The notes: generated by a model from the letters alone, not told the origin. A stretch of 36,897 bases of DNA from Candidatus Paraprevotella stercorigallinarum (GCA_019115585.1 DXDI01000054.1:1-36897), one strand, 5' to 3'; positions 1-10,528 are shown, counted from the first letter of the stretch. Program-made: numbers and translations.

Positions 1-1129
1 GGCGTGGGTCGGGGCTTTTGATCACTTTCGGTTGCGTTACGTTTCCATCTTTGTCCACAACAAAAGAAATCATAACCCGGCCTTCGATTTTTTCCTTGAT
101 ACAATCTTGAGGATAACGCATGTTGGATGAAAAATAGGCCATCAGTGCGTTCATACCTCCGGGATATTGGGCGGGAGCATCTGCTTTCTCATATACACTG
201 TCTGTCGTGTGATTATACATGTCCGCTACGGACAAACCTTCCACTTGTCGGAACATCGGCCTGAGAATCTTTATCATGTCTTGCTCCATTTTACTGTTGT
301 CCATGCGCTTCCATACCTCGGTGACCATGCCGCTTCCATTGAACCATGTCAGTTCGAAGGTATCGTCCGACAACCATTTTGTATTGTTGCTTCCGCCTCG
401 CTCCTTGATGATGCTGTCACCCTCCGATGTGAACGTGCCGGCTTTACCCCTGAAATAGACGCGGTTTTCTTCCATTCGGACAGGGATAAAACCTATAAAA
501 TAGCCGTCGCCATACCATTTATAGTTTTTCAGTCTGATCGGTATCAGTTCGCCCGACTGCGGTTGCCGCAGGCCTTGCAGTTCCCATACTCCGGCATAGC
601 GTTCGTTTGTCCGGTCGGCATTGCGTACCCCTTGATGAATGGCGGCCAGTCCTGAGGGCATGGCATACCGTTCCCATCCCTCTTCGTATTCCGTCTCTCC
701 TTTAGGAGTTTGTCCGGTCCAGAACAGTTCGAACATGTTTTCTGACTCTGTCTTGATTTCCAGTTTATCATCCCCTTCGATAATGTTCTTTTTGGATACA
801 TACTCAAATGGTAAGCAACGTCCTTCGAAATTCACGTCCACATCATTGGCACCTGTATACCATACTGAGAGCGATACCATGTGGTTCTCTCCATAGTATT
901 TATAATGTACGAAGGGTTGGGAGCCTTTTTGCGAATCTCCCTTTTTCCGTATCCAGGTCTTCTTCCAAAAGCCTTCCAGTGGGTTAGTTTCCTTTTGTTC
1001 GCCGTCGGATGCCGTCATTTCTACGTTTGCAGATTGCGATTCTATTGTATTGGCCATGGACCAGCAGGACGGAGATGCCATGATGCAACAGGCTGCAACG
1101 GTTCTCATGAGGTTGTTTTTCATTTTCAT
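1..1129 (-). CDS. TonB C-terminal-domain (energy transducer TonB family) protein with two tandem lipocalin-like (DUF4488-like) repeats; 3'-partial, runs off the window start
   Basis: Not in the ORF track; translated by hand. ATG at 1129 and no stop down to position 1 (376 codons): MKMKNNLMRTVAACCIMASPSCWSMANTIES... The visible end reads DSVYEKADAPAQYPGGMNALMAYFSSNMRYPQDCIKEKIEGRVMISFVVDKDGNVTQPKVIKSPDPR, a typical Bacteroidetes TonB_C (YPGG...YP...GRV.ISFVVDKDG.V). The DUF4488-like label is pattern recognition only. Confidence 0.88.
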   Translation of the reverse strand, partial: MKMKNNLMRTVAACCIMASPSCWSMANTIESQSANVEMTASDGEQKETNPLEGFWKKTWIRKKGDSQKGSQPFVHYKYYGENHMVSLSVWYTGANDVDVNFEGRCLPFEYVSKKNIIEGDDKLEIKTESENMFELFWTGQTPKGETEYEEGWERYAMPSGLAAIHQGVRNADRTNERYAGVWELQGLRQPQSGELIPIRLKNYKWYGDGYFIGFIPVRMEENRVYFRGKAGTFTSEGDSIIKERGGSNNTKWLSDDTFELTWFNGSGMVTEVWKRMDNSKMEQDMIKILRPMFRQVEGLSVADMYNHTTDSVYEKADAPAQYPGGMNALMAYFSSNMRYPQDCIKEKIEGRVMISFVVDKDGNVTQPKVIKSPDPR

Positions 1130-1130
1130 A
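1114..1130 (-). repeat. Left arm of a 17-bp perfect inverted repeat (TATGAAAATGAAAAACA on the minus strand)
   Basis: 1114..1130 tgtttttcattttcata is the exact reverse complement of 1724..1740 and covers the start codon of the TonB-domain gene. Confidence 0.9.
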
Positions 1131-1223
1131 AGATTGGATTTAGGGTAAGTTGATTCATTCTGTTTGTCTTTCTGTGCCGGACAGTATTGTTTTTGTTTGT
1201 CAGACCGGACAGTTTCTGTGTTT

Positions 1224-1231
1224 CAAAATTA
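1224..1231 (-). promoter_or_regulatory. Bacteroidetes primary-sigma -7 box (TAATTTTG) for the TonB-domain gene
   Basis: Plus-strand caaaatta = TAnnTTTG on minus, about 95 nt upstream of ATG 1129. No clear -33 TTTG; a TGCTAT-N10-ATAGCA inverted repeat (1244..1265) lies there instead. Confidence 0.55.
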
Positions 1232-1496
1232 GCAAATATTTTCTGCTATTCCTATTTTTATAGCAATTAATTATAAATATAGACTGATTACCAAATAATG
1301 ACGGTATATGTTGATCATTTAATACTAAATGGTGAATGATTATACTAATCATTTGTTATAGTGATTCTGAGTATTAAGTCTTTTCGATGGACTTTCTATG
1401 AAATTTGTTTTTTTAACTAAACTTCAGATGATAAGTTTTAAGTTGTTGATTACAATCGGAGTTTAATGCAATATTGTTTTTTAACAATAAAAAATT

Positions 1497-1544
1497 TTTG
1501 ATTTTTAATTTTATACCTACATTTACAGACACTAAATTTAGTGT
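1497..1544 (+). promoter_or_regulatory. Near-consensus promoter (TTTG-N17-TACATTTA) followed by a perfect 16-bp palindrome, candidate operator
   Basis: TTTG at 1497..1500; TACATTTA at 1518..1525 (one mismatch to TAnnTTTG, short spacer); palindrome ACACTAAATTTAGTGT at 1529..1544. Confidence 0.4.
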
Positions 1545-1723
1545 TAATTTAAAATACAATTGAAATCCCAAAATAATGCTTTGAAAAATATTTAGATGTT
1601 TCAAATAGTAAAGTTAACAAATGAATCTCACTATGTACAGGAAAGTTTGGATTTTATGAGCCTGTTAAATAGATAAAGGAAATAAAAACAACTCTTAAAG
1701 CAGATGATCTTAATTTATAATTA

Positions 1724-1740
1724 TATGAAAATGAAAAACA
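1724..1740 (+). repeat. Right arm of the 17-bp perfect inverted repeat
   Basis: tatgaaaatgaaaaaca covers the likely ATG (1725) of the TlpA-like gene. Confidence 0.9.
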
Positions 1741-3713
1741 TCTTATTTATATTGGCCATCATCCTGTCGCCAATATTTGTGTATGGAAAAGGTGAGACCG
1801 TCTATACCCGTCTTCAGTCCTTTTATTCCAATGCAAGCATGGTGACTATTGACAAAGTCGTCATGTCGGATACGGCTACAGTCATGTATTGTACGGCCAG
1901 AGGGAAAATTAATTCCTGGTTTCAGTTTGCACCTACGGTATATTTGAGTGATGAAGAAGCCGTGCGTTATCCTGTCAAAGGAGCGGTCGGATTGGAACTC
2001 GGGCAAAAGTGCTATATCCCTAAAACGGGTGAGGTTACTTTCCGTTTGCTTTTTGAACCTATGCCAAAGGATACCAAAATATTTGATCTGATAGAAGGGG
2101 CGGATAAGGGCATGTTCCGGATTTATGGTATCCATGATACCAAATCCAAGGTAAAGATTCCTGTGGTCAAAGAGGAAATTGATGCTGATGAGACAACCGA
2201 AGCCCTGTTCCATAAGGGAAATGCTGTTATAAAGGGGCGGATTGAGGGATATTCACGTAACTGGAATGCCAGCCTTTTGTTCTTTGATTACAATCTGTTG
2301 GGACAATGTGACATCATGCCTTATCCTTTATGCCGGCCTTGCACAATCCTGTCTTCTGACGGGACATTCTGTATGGAGCTGCCTTTGGATCATCCGGTAT
2401 GGGGCAGTATGTCGTTGAGTGGCGGCAATAAGGAGATTCCTTTTTATATCCGTCCTAATGACACGCTTTGGATCGATGTGAAAGGGGTGTATGAGAATAA
2501 CCTGACTGTAGAATATAAAAGCAGTCATCCGAAGGGTTGTTATGAAAATCTGATGCAACACCAGAATGTGCCTGTCGTTTACTGTGGCTGGGATTTCCTG
2601 ACGGATTATGGACGTAACCTTGACAGTGAACATTTTCTGAAGAGAAGCAATGAATGCGTAGAGCAGAACATGCGGATTTGTGACTATATGGCGTGGAAAT
2701 ACAAATTATCTCCATGGGAAACGCATCTCCTGAAAAACCGTCAAAGATTTGATCTGGCCGATCATTTCTTGTTGTTGGCAAGCCGTTTGTTCGAAGCCAA
2801 GATTGTCCGCCCGCAGAAGGTTGACCTCAACAAAGAAGACTACGCGGGTTATGACTATTCTCCTTACAAGGTCTTGAATATGATCGAGCCGGACGATCCG
2901 TCGCTTTCTTATCTGCTTTTCAGTCCCGGCTATCTGCCTTCAATTGACATCACCTATGCCATGGCGTTTGCAGACAGTTATGCGTATTATGATAACATGG
3001 ACGGCACGAATCCCGGTGATCCTATGAAAATGGAAATCCAGAAGGATAGTCTCCAGATAGAGGCATTACGGGAATTGTTCGGAAGGAAAGATACCCCATG
3101 GTTTATCCAGGCCTTTATTACAGCCAAGGCGACCCGTCTGGATGACAGATTAAATGATGAACAACGTGAAAGAGTGATCAGTTTCCTGTCCTCCTATTTG
3201 ACTTATCCCTGTTTTAAGGATAAAATAGAGGAATTGGACAAATTGTCCAGATATTCGGTTTCACTGGTCTATGAAATTCCGGAAATGAAGGGCAATCAGG
3301 ATATCCAGAAGATTCTGGAAGAATATAAAGGTCAATATGTACAACTGGTTTTATTCTCTTCTCCTGATGAGGATTTCAGTTTTTATGAGAATTCATCGGT
3401 AAGAAATCTGCTTGCCAGTTACGAAAACGATCCGAATCTGAGAATCATCGCTTTAGTCATCAGAGACGCCTATTCGGAAAATGAATATCTGAGAGACAGG
3501 TTGAATAAGAGGTTCCGTGTAATCTATGACGTCAACGGAGAAGACTACCTGAAGATCCAGCATTTGTTCCATTTGTCCGGAAGTCACAAGCAGATTACTA
3601 TCGACCGCAACGGACTGGTTTTCAAACAGCCATTTGATATGAAAGAAGAGACTCAGTTCCGTAACAGATTCCGTACCTTGCTGGAGGCGGAGAACAGTAT
3701 CAGACCAGAATAG
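1725..3713 (+). CDS. Exported protein resembling large Bacteroidales TlpA/thioredoxin-like proteins, with a degenerate CxxC-less C-terminal thioredoxin-like domain
   Basis: ORF 1704..3713; likely start is ATG 1725 (MKMKNILFILAIILSPIFVYG, signal peptide). The N-terminal beta domain (IDKVVMSDTATV...FRLLFEPMPKDTKIFDLIEG) and the C-terminal KILEEYKGQYVQLVLF...ITIDRNG resemble TlpA-family architecture. CDS is secure; function is uncertain. Confidence 0.6.
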   Translation: MKMKNILFILAIILSPIFVYGKGETVYTRLQSFYSNASMVTIDKVVMSDTATVMYCTARGKINSWFQFAPTVYLSDEEAVRYPVKGAVGLELGQKCYIPKTGEVTFRLLFEPMPKDTKIFDLIEGADKGMFRIYGIHDTKSKVKIPVVKEEIDADETTEALFHKGNAVIKGRIEGYSRNWNASLLFFDYNLLGQCDIMPYPLCRPCTILSSDGTFCMELPLDHPVWGSMSLSGGNKEIPFYIRPNDTLWIDVKGVYENNLTVEYKSSHPKGCYENLMQHQNVPVVYCGWDFLTDYGRNLDSEHFLKRSNECVEQNMRICDYMAWKYKLSPWETHLLKNRQRFDLADHFLLLASRLFEAKIVRPQKVDLNKEDYAGYDYSPYKVLNMIEPDDPSLSYLLFSPGYLPSIDITYAMAFADSYAYYDNMDGTNPGDPMKMEIQKDSLQIEALRELFGRKDTPWFIQAFITAKATRLDDRLNDEQRERVISFLSSYLTYPCFKDKIEELDKLSRYSVSLVYEIPEMKGNQDIQKILEEYKGQYVQLVLFSSPDEDFSFYENSSVRNLLASYENDPNLRIIALVIRDAYSENEYLRDRLNKRFRVIYDVNGEDYLKIQHLFHLSGSHKQITIDRNGLVFKQPFDMKEETQFRNRFRTLLEAENSIRPE

Positions 3714-3831
3714 TATGGAAAGAGAAAAACATGGAATCCGTAAGGGGGATTCTAAGAAATGAAGGTTGGCGATCCATCACATCGGTAGATATTTCTTGTT
3801 TCTTTGTTTATGGTCTGTCCTTAATTCCAAT

Positions 3832-3859
3832 ATGAGGCTTCCGGAACCGGAAGCCTCAT
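3832..3859. terminator. Hairpin between convergent genes, probable bidirectional terminator
   Basis: ATGAGGCTTCCGG-AA-CCGGAAGCCTCAT, 13-bp perfect arms, 7 nt beyond the topB stop. Confidence 0.8.
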
Positions 3860-3866
3860 TTATGTT

Positions 3867-5999
3867 CTAATCCAAGGGATGCCGGAAAGTACAGCCGTTT
3901 CTCCATTCGGAGCAGCCGTACGCTGTTTTCCCCTTGATGATATGTCCTTTACCGCAAACCGGACAAGGCGCTCCCTCTTTGATCGGGGTGTCCGGATGGG
4001 CTTCAGCCGGGGCTGGCGTTTGCTTTTTGGTAGCTTCTGCCTGTGATGCTTTCTTTTTGGGAGATGGCTTGGACACTTTCTTTTTACGGTCGGCTTTCTT
4101 TTCTTCCTCTTCTTTAATCAGTGTGACGCGACGGTTGGTATTATCAGCCAGAACTGTGTGTACGATTTCGGTCACCATCTGTTTAAGTTCGTCCAGGAAG
4201 GTTTTGGCATCATAAGTATTTTTTTCGATTTGCCGGAGTTTCTTTTCCCATATTCCGGTCAGTTCGGCACTTTTCAGCAGTTCTTCACGGATGAGGCCTA
4301 TAAGTTCCATGCCCGTAGGTGTAGCCATCAGGTTTTTACGTTCCTTGCGGATGTAATGCCGTTTGAATAATGTTTCGATGATGGCGGCTCTGGTAGACGG
4401 CCGTCCGATGCCGTTTTCTTTCAGCGCATCGCGCAGTTCTTCGTCTTCTACCAGTCGTCCGGCAGTTTCCATGGCTCTTAGCAAGGTGGCTTCCGTATAA
4501 GGTTTGGGTGGTTGTGTCCATTTCTCAGCCAGGTCAGGAATATGCGGGCCGCTTTCTCCCTTGGTGAAGGCCGGCAGGGTCCGTTCCTCATCTTTGGCAT
4601 TGTTAGAGTCAGCCGTAGACTTCTTATCCTGTGCGTAGACATCACGCCAGCCCGGCAGAAGGATCTGTTTACCGGTCGCTTTGAATGGAATTTCAGCCGT
4701 TTCACCCATAACGGTAGTCGTGGCGAATTTGCAGTCGGGATAAAACGCTGCGATAAAGCGGCGGGCGATCAGGTCGAAAACCCGTTCTTCGTCCGGTGTC
4801 AGATTGCGGGCCGGCACGCCGGTCGGTATGATTGCATGGTGGTCTGTGACTTTGGAAGAGTCGAACACCTTCTTGCTCTTTTTCAGAGGTGCGCCGCGTA
4901 ACGGTTCGAGTAATGCGGAATAGCTTTCCGAAATCCCTTTCAGTATGTTGGGACACTTGGGATAGATATCATCACTGAGGAACGTGGTGTCGACACGTGG
5001 GTAAGTGGTGATTTTCTTTTCGTAGAGTGACTGGATCAGCTGAAGGGTCATATCGGCGGAATAGCCGAATTTTTTGTTGCATTCCACCTGAAGGGAAGTC
5101 AGGTCGAACAGGCGGGGAGGAGCTTCAGTTCCGTTCTTCTTGGTGACGGATGTGATGGTAAAGGGGCTGTCCTTGATCTGTTCCAGCGCTTTCCGTCCTT
5201 CTTCCTCACTGGTGAAACCGCGCCTTCCCAGATCATTTCCGCCTTTGTTCTCATTCTTGTTTTTTTCTTCACTGCCGTCTTCTGCATTTTCTTCTTCATC
5301 CTGTTCCATGACAGCGGTGAAGGTGGTATCGCGATAGAGGGTGGTAAGGACCCAGTAAGGTTCCGGCTTGAAGTTCTCTATTTCCTGTTGGCGTTTGACA
5401 ATCAGTGCCAGGGTAGGGGTCTGTACACGTCCGATGCTGAGCACTTGTCTGCCCTGCGCGTATTTAAGGGTATAAAGTCTTGTGGCATTCATGCCCAATG
5501 TCCAGTCGCCAATGGCACGGCTTAATCCGGCTTCATAAAGAGACTGGTATTCACTCTGGTCTTTAAGGGTATTGAATCCTTCGCGTATGGCTTCTTCTGT
5601 CAGTGAAGAGATCCACAGACGCTTGACAGGACAATGGGCGCCGGCTTTCTGCATGACCCACCTTTGGATAAGTTCACCTTCCTGTCCGGCATCTCCGCAG
5701 TTGATGATCATATCGGCCGCCTGCATAAGACGTTCAATGGTTTGAAACTGTTTTTCAATACCACTGTCGTTTTTTAGTTTGATTCCGAAACGTGGCGGAA
5801 TCATGGGAAGAGCAGAAAGACTCCAGGCTTTCCACATGGGAGTGTATTCATGTGGTTCCTTGAGCTCGCAAAGATGGCCAAATGTCCATGTAACCTGATA
5901 GCCATTGCCTTCAATATAACCATCGCAACTTTTTGTGGCACCCAGCACATGGGCAATATCTTTAGCCACGCTTGGTTTTTCGGCGATACATACAATCAT
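3867..5999 (-). CDS. topB: DNA topoisomerase III (type IA)
   Basis: TOPRIM start IAEKPSVA, DAGQEGELI, GRVQTPTL, catalytic Tyr in TYPRVD, GIGRPSTRA, Lys-rich linker and C-terminal Zn ribbon CPVCGKG...CSEWRNGC. Confidence 0.95.
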   Translation of the reverse strand: MIVCIAEKPSVAKDIAHVLGATKSCDGYIEGNGYQVTWTFGHLCELKEPHEYTPMWKAWSLSALPMIPPRFGIKLKNDSGIEKQFQTIERLMQAADMIINCGDAGQEGELIQRWVMQKAGAHCPVKRLWISSLTEEAIREGFNTLKDQSEYQSLYEAGLSRAIGDWTLGMNATRLYTLKYAQGRQVLSIGRVQTPTLALIVKRQQEIENFKPEPYWVLTTLYRDTTFTAVMEQDEEENAEDGSEEKNKNENKGGNDLGRRGFTSEEEGRKALEQIKDSPFTITSVTKKNGTEAPPRLFDLTSLQVECNKKFGYSADMTLQLIQSLYEKKITTYPRVDTTFLSDDIYPKCPNILKGISESYSALLEPLRGAPLKKSKKVFDSSKVTDHHAIIPTGVPARNLTPDEERVFDLIARRFIAAFYPDCKFATTTVMGETAEIPFKATGKQILLPGWRDVYAQDKKSTADSNNAKDEERTLPAFTKGESGPHIPDLAEKWTQPPKPYTEATLLRAMETAGRLVEDEELRDALKENGIGRPSTRAAIIETLFKRHYIRKERKNLMATPTGMELIGLIREELLKSAELTGIWEKKLRQIEKNTYDAKTFLDELKQMVTEIVHTVLADNTNRRVTLIKEEEEKKADRKKKVSKPSPKKKASQAEATKKQTPAPAEAHPDTPIKEGAPCPVCGKGHIIKGKTAYGCSEWRNGCTFRHPLD

Positions 6000-6030
6000 G
6001 AGTGTAAGACGGATTTTTGTTTTATGGCTG

Positions 6031-6061
6031 CAAAGATAGTGAAAGCCGAGCGCAAAGACAA
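6031..6061 (-). promoter_or_regulatory. Likely topB promoter: TTG-N20-TATCTTTG
   Basis: -7 box at 6031..6038, 31 nt upstream of ATG 5999; plus-strand CAA at 6059..6061 gives a -33-like TTG at canonical spacing. Confidence 0.6.
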
Positions 6062-6121
6062 GCGAAAACGTAGTTTTCAGATTGTCCTATGCCGAGGCGC
6101 CTCCTGTCTTATCCAAAGATA
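6031..6121. repeat. 83-bp structured, MITE/REP-like element flanked by the 8-bp direct repeat CAAAGATA (promoter -7 box TATCTTTG on minus)
   Basis: CAAAGATA at 6031..6038 and 6114..6121. Nested stems AAGATAG/CTGTCTT, GACAA/TTGTC and GAAAAC-GTA-GTTTTC. Internal direct repeat GCCGAG(G)CGC at 6045 and 6091. Mobility is inferred, not shown. Confidence 0.5.
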
Positions 6122-6284
6122 AAGATTTTTTCCGCACATTGATTTTATTTGGTATGGGCAGAACGGTAAATGAAGGCTTTTGTCAGTGTATAATATTAAA
6201 ACATATCATGATAAAAGCGCTGGAAAACAGGATGCTATGAGGGGTATGGCAGATGGTGTGAAATCTGGGATGAATCCTGTCGGG

Positions 6285-6320
6285 GAAAAAATGAGGAGGC
6301 AAGCCGGCTTGCCTCCTCAT
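6285..6320 (-). terminator. Rho-independent terminator of the mutase operon
   Basis: Perfect 30-bp palindrome ATGAGGAGGCAAGCCGGCTTGCCTCCTCAT (6291..6320) followed by a T-run on the minus strand, 20 nt after the stop. Confidence 0.85.
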
Positions 6321-6340
6321 AAAATGTATGGATGTTGTGG

Positions 6341-8502
<2,162 letters not shown>

Positions 8503-8506
<4 letters not shown>

Positions 8507-10374
8507 TTGATTCCCAATTTAGCGTTATACTCTTTTAACGTCTTCAGCTGGTCTACACGGACGTGGATGAAGTTTTCAATTCCGGCAGCTTTAAGATCGT
8601 CACTGCAAGCCGGTGCACCGGCTACGACAAACATGGCACGGCCGTTGAGTGCCTTGAAGGCCGGGATGGCATATTCTGCATATTCGTCATCGCTTGAACA
8701 AAGCACAACGATGTCGGCTTCTGCCTTGAGGGCTGCTTCGATACCTTCTTCTACGGAGTCAAATCCTAAATTGTCAATGACTTTGTATCCTGCACAGGCC
8801 AGGAAATTGCAGCTGAACTGCGCGCGTGCCTGACGCATGGCCAGATTGCCGATAGTCAGCATGAATGCAACAGGCTGTTTGGCTGCTTGCTCTGTCTGTA
8901 AACGAAGGTCTTCGAAGTCGGAAGCCAGACGTGATGTTTCAAGTTTGGCAAACGGCTTTTCACATTCATGGCCGTTCTGATGGCTACCGCAGCACTGTCC
9001 GCCCTTGATCGGTGATTTGCCTTCGCTCTTTTCGTTAAAGTTCGGGAACTGGTTGGTACCGAGAAGGAATTCTTTGCGTTTTCCGGCGTTGGCGTGACGC
9101 GTCGCATTGGTTTCGTTGATGGTATTCTGGATGGTTCCAGCTTCGGCTGCTGCCAGGAAACCGCCTTCTTCTTCGATAGCCAGGAACAGTTTCCATGCTT
9201 CTTCTGCCAAAGACTGGGTCAGTTTTTCAATGAAGTAAGAACCGCCGGCCACATCGACGATCTTATCGAAATGGCTTTCTTCCTGTAATAGCAACTGCTG
9301 ATTACGTGCAATACGTTCGGCAAATTCTGTCGGCGTTTCGTATGGTGCGTCAAACGGAGTAACGACAATGGCATCTACATTGGCCAGGGCTGCACTCATC
9401 GTTTCAGTCTGTGAGCGTAGCATATTGACATAACTGTCAAAAATGGTCATGTTGTAAGTGGTGGTCGTCGCGTTGACATACATTTTGCAGGCACAGTCGC
9501 ACTGGGGATTGTATTTCTTGACAATGTGTGCCCATAACATGCGTGCAGCACGGAATTTGGCGATTTCCATGAAATAGACACCGCCGATACCCAGATTGAA
9601 CTTGATGCTTTTGGCGGCCTGGTCGGCTGGTATGCCGGCTTCCGTCATCTGGTTAAGGTATTCGTTACCCCAAGCCAGAGCATAGCCCAGTTCCTGATAA
9701 ACGTATGCGCCGTTATTGCAGAGCGTGTCTGCATTGACGCCGATGCAACGGTAGTGAGGGAATGCAGACATGGCTTTGACGATTTCCGGAATGTTTTCCA
9801 GCAAAGCCGTTGTGTTTTTACCTTTGGTCAGAATCTTTTCGATGGGATCGAAATTAATGCTGCCGACCAGTTTGTCTGCATTGTATCCTTTGCGGGTGAA
9901 ATAATCGGCAAGCAGCTGTGCCAGCTTGAGGGTGTGTCCCTGGCATGTGGAGAAGTTCAGTTCCACAGCTTCTGCCTGTATGCCCTCGAGCAGTGTGTCG
10001 AGATAGGCGGCATCCAGTTCTTTTGCGGGAATCTTGAAGCCGAGAGATGTGACGCCTTTGTTGAGAATATCAAGGGCTTTGGCATTGGCTTCCTTGGGGT
10101 CGGCAGCCTTGATGTTCTGGCGTACATACCATTGGTTGTTGTCTTTCTTGTTTCCTCTTAGATAAGGGAATTGTCCTGGAAGTGAATTGATTTGCGTCAT
10201 TCCTTCCAAATCTTCCTTTCTGTAGAAGGGTTCCATATTGAACCCTTCATTGGTTCTCCAAACCATTTTTTTCTGATAGTCTGCTCCCTTAAGGTCAACA
10301 TTGATTTTGTCAATCCATTCCTGACGAGTGGGGGCAGTGAAATCAGAGAAGAGTTTCTCTTTATTATCTGCCAT
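8503..10374 (-). CDS. mutA: Methylmalonyl-CoA mutase, small subunit
   Basis: Likely start ATG 10374 ([12 protein letters not shown]); the longer track start at 10461 runs through the promoter. Motifs [43 protein letters not shown]; no DxHxxG; 4-nt overlap with scpA. Confidence 0.95.
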
Positions 10375-10408
10375 AATTATACTGTTAAAATGAATAGTTT
10401 CAATCGAA

Positions 10409-10440
10409 CAAAAATAGCAAAACTTTTGTTTCCCCGCAAA
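10409..10440 (-). promoter_or_regulatory. Canonical Bacteroidetes promoter TTTG-N20-TATTTTTG for mutA-scpA
   Basis: Plus-strand caaaaata at 10409..10416 and caaa at 10437..10440. Confidence 0.75.
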
Positions 10441-10480
10441 AAATGTTATCCAAAAACTCAAAGTGTGTTGTTTTTTTATC

Positions 10481-10488
10481 TAAATTTG
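10481..10488 (+). promoter_or_regulatory. -7 box TAAATTTG for the YidE-family transporter
   Basis: TAnnTTTG(C) 40 nt upstream of ATG 10529. Confidence 0.55.
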
Positions 10489-10528
10489 CCAATGAAAAGA
10501 TTTTTTTAATTAATTAAATTTTGTAATA

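Noticed and set aside
167-1153. Short ORFs 167..655, 219..458, 639..896, 881..1153 (plus) and 544..807 (minus)
   Set aside because: Shadows of the untracked minus-strand TonB_C gene, which has a recognisable domain; none has a motif of its own.
1413-1604. 63-aa minus-strand ORF in the AT-rich spacer
   Set aside because: TTG start, composition dominated by K/N/I/L/F as expected from AT-rich non-coding DNA, and it overlaps the promoter and palindrome candidates.
5227-5309. Acidic, Asn/Lys-rich insertion in TopB (MEQDEEENAEDGSEEKNKNENKGGND)
   Set aside because: In frame, low complexity, no intein ends or repeat structure; most likely a variable surface loop.
10375-10528. Possible cobalamin riboswitch ahead of the B12-dependent mutase
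   Set aside because: The predicted leader is only about 30 nt and AT-rich; no B12-box-like sequence seen.
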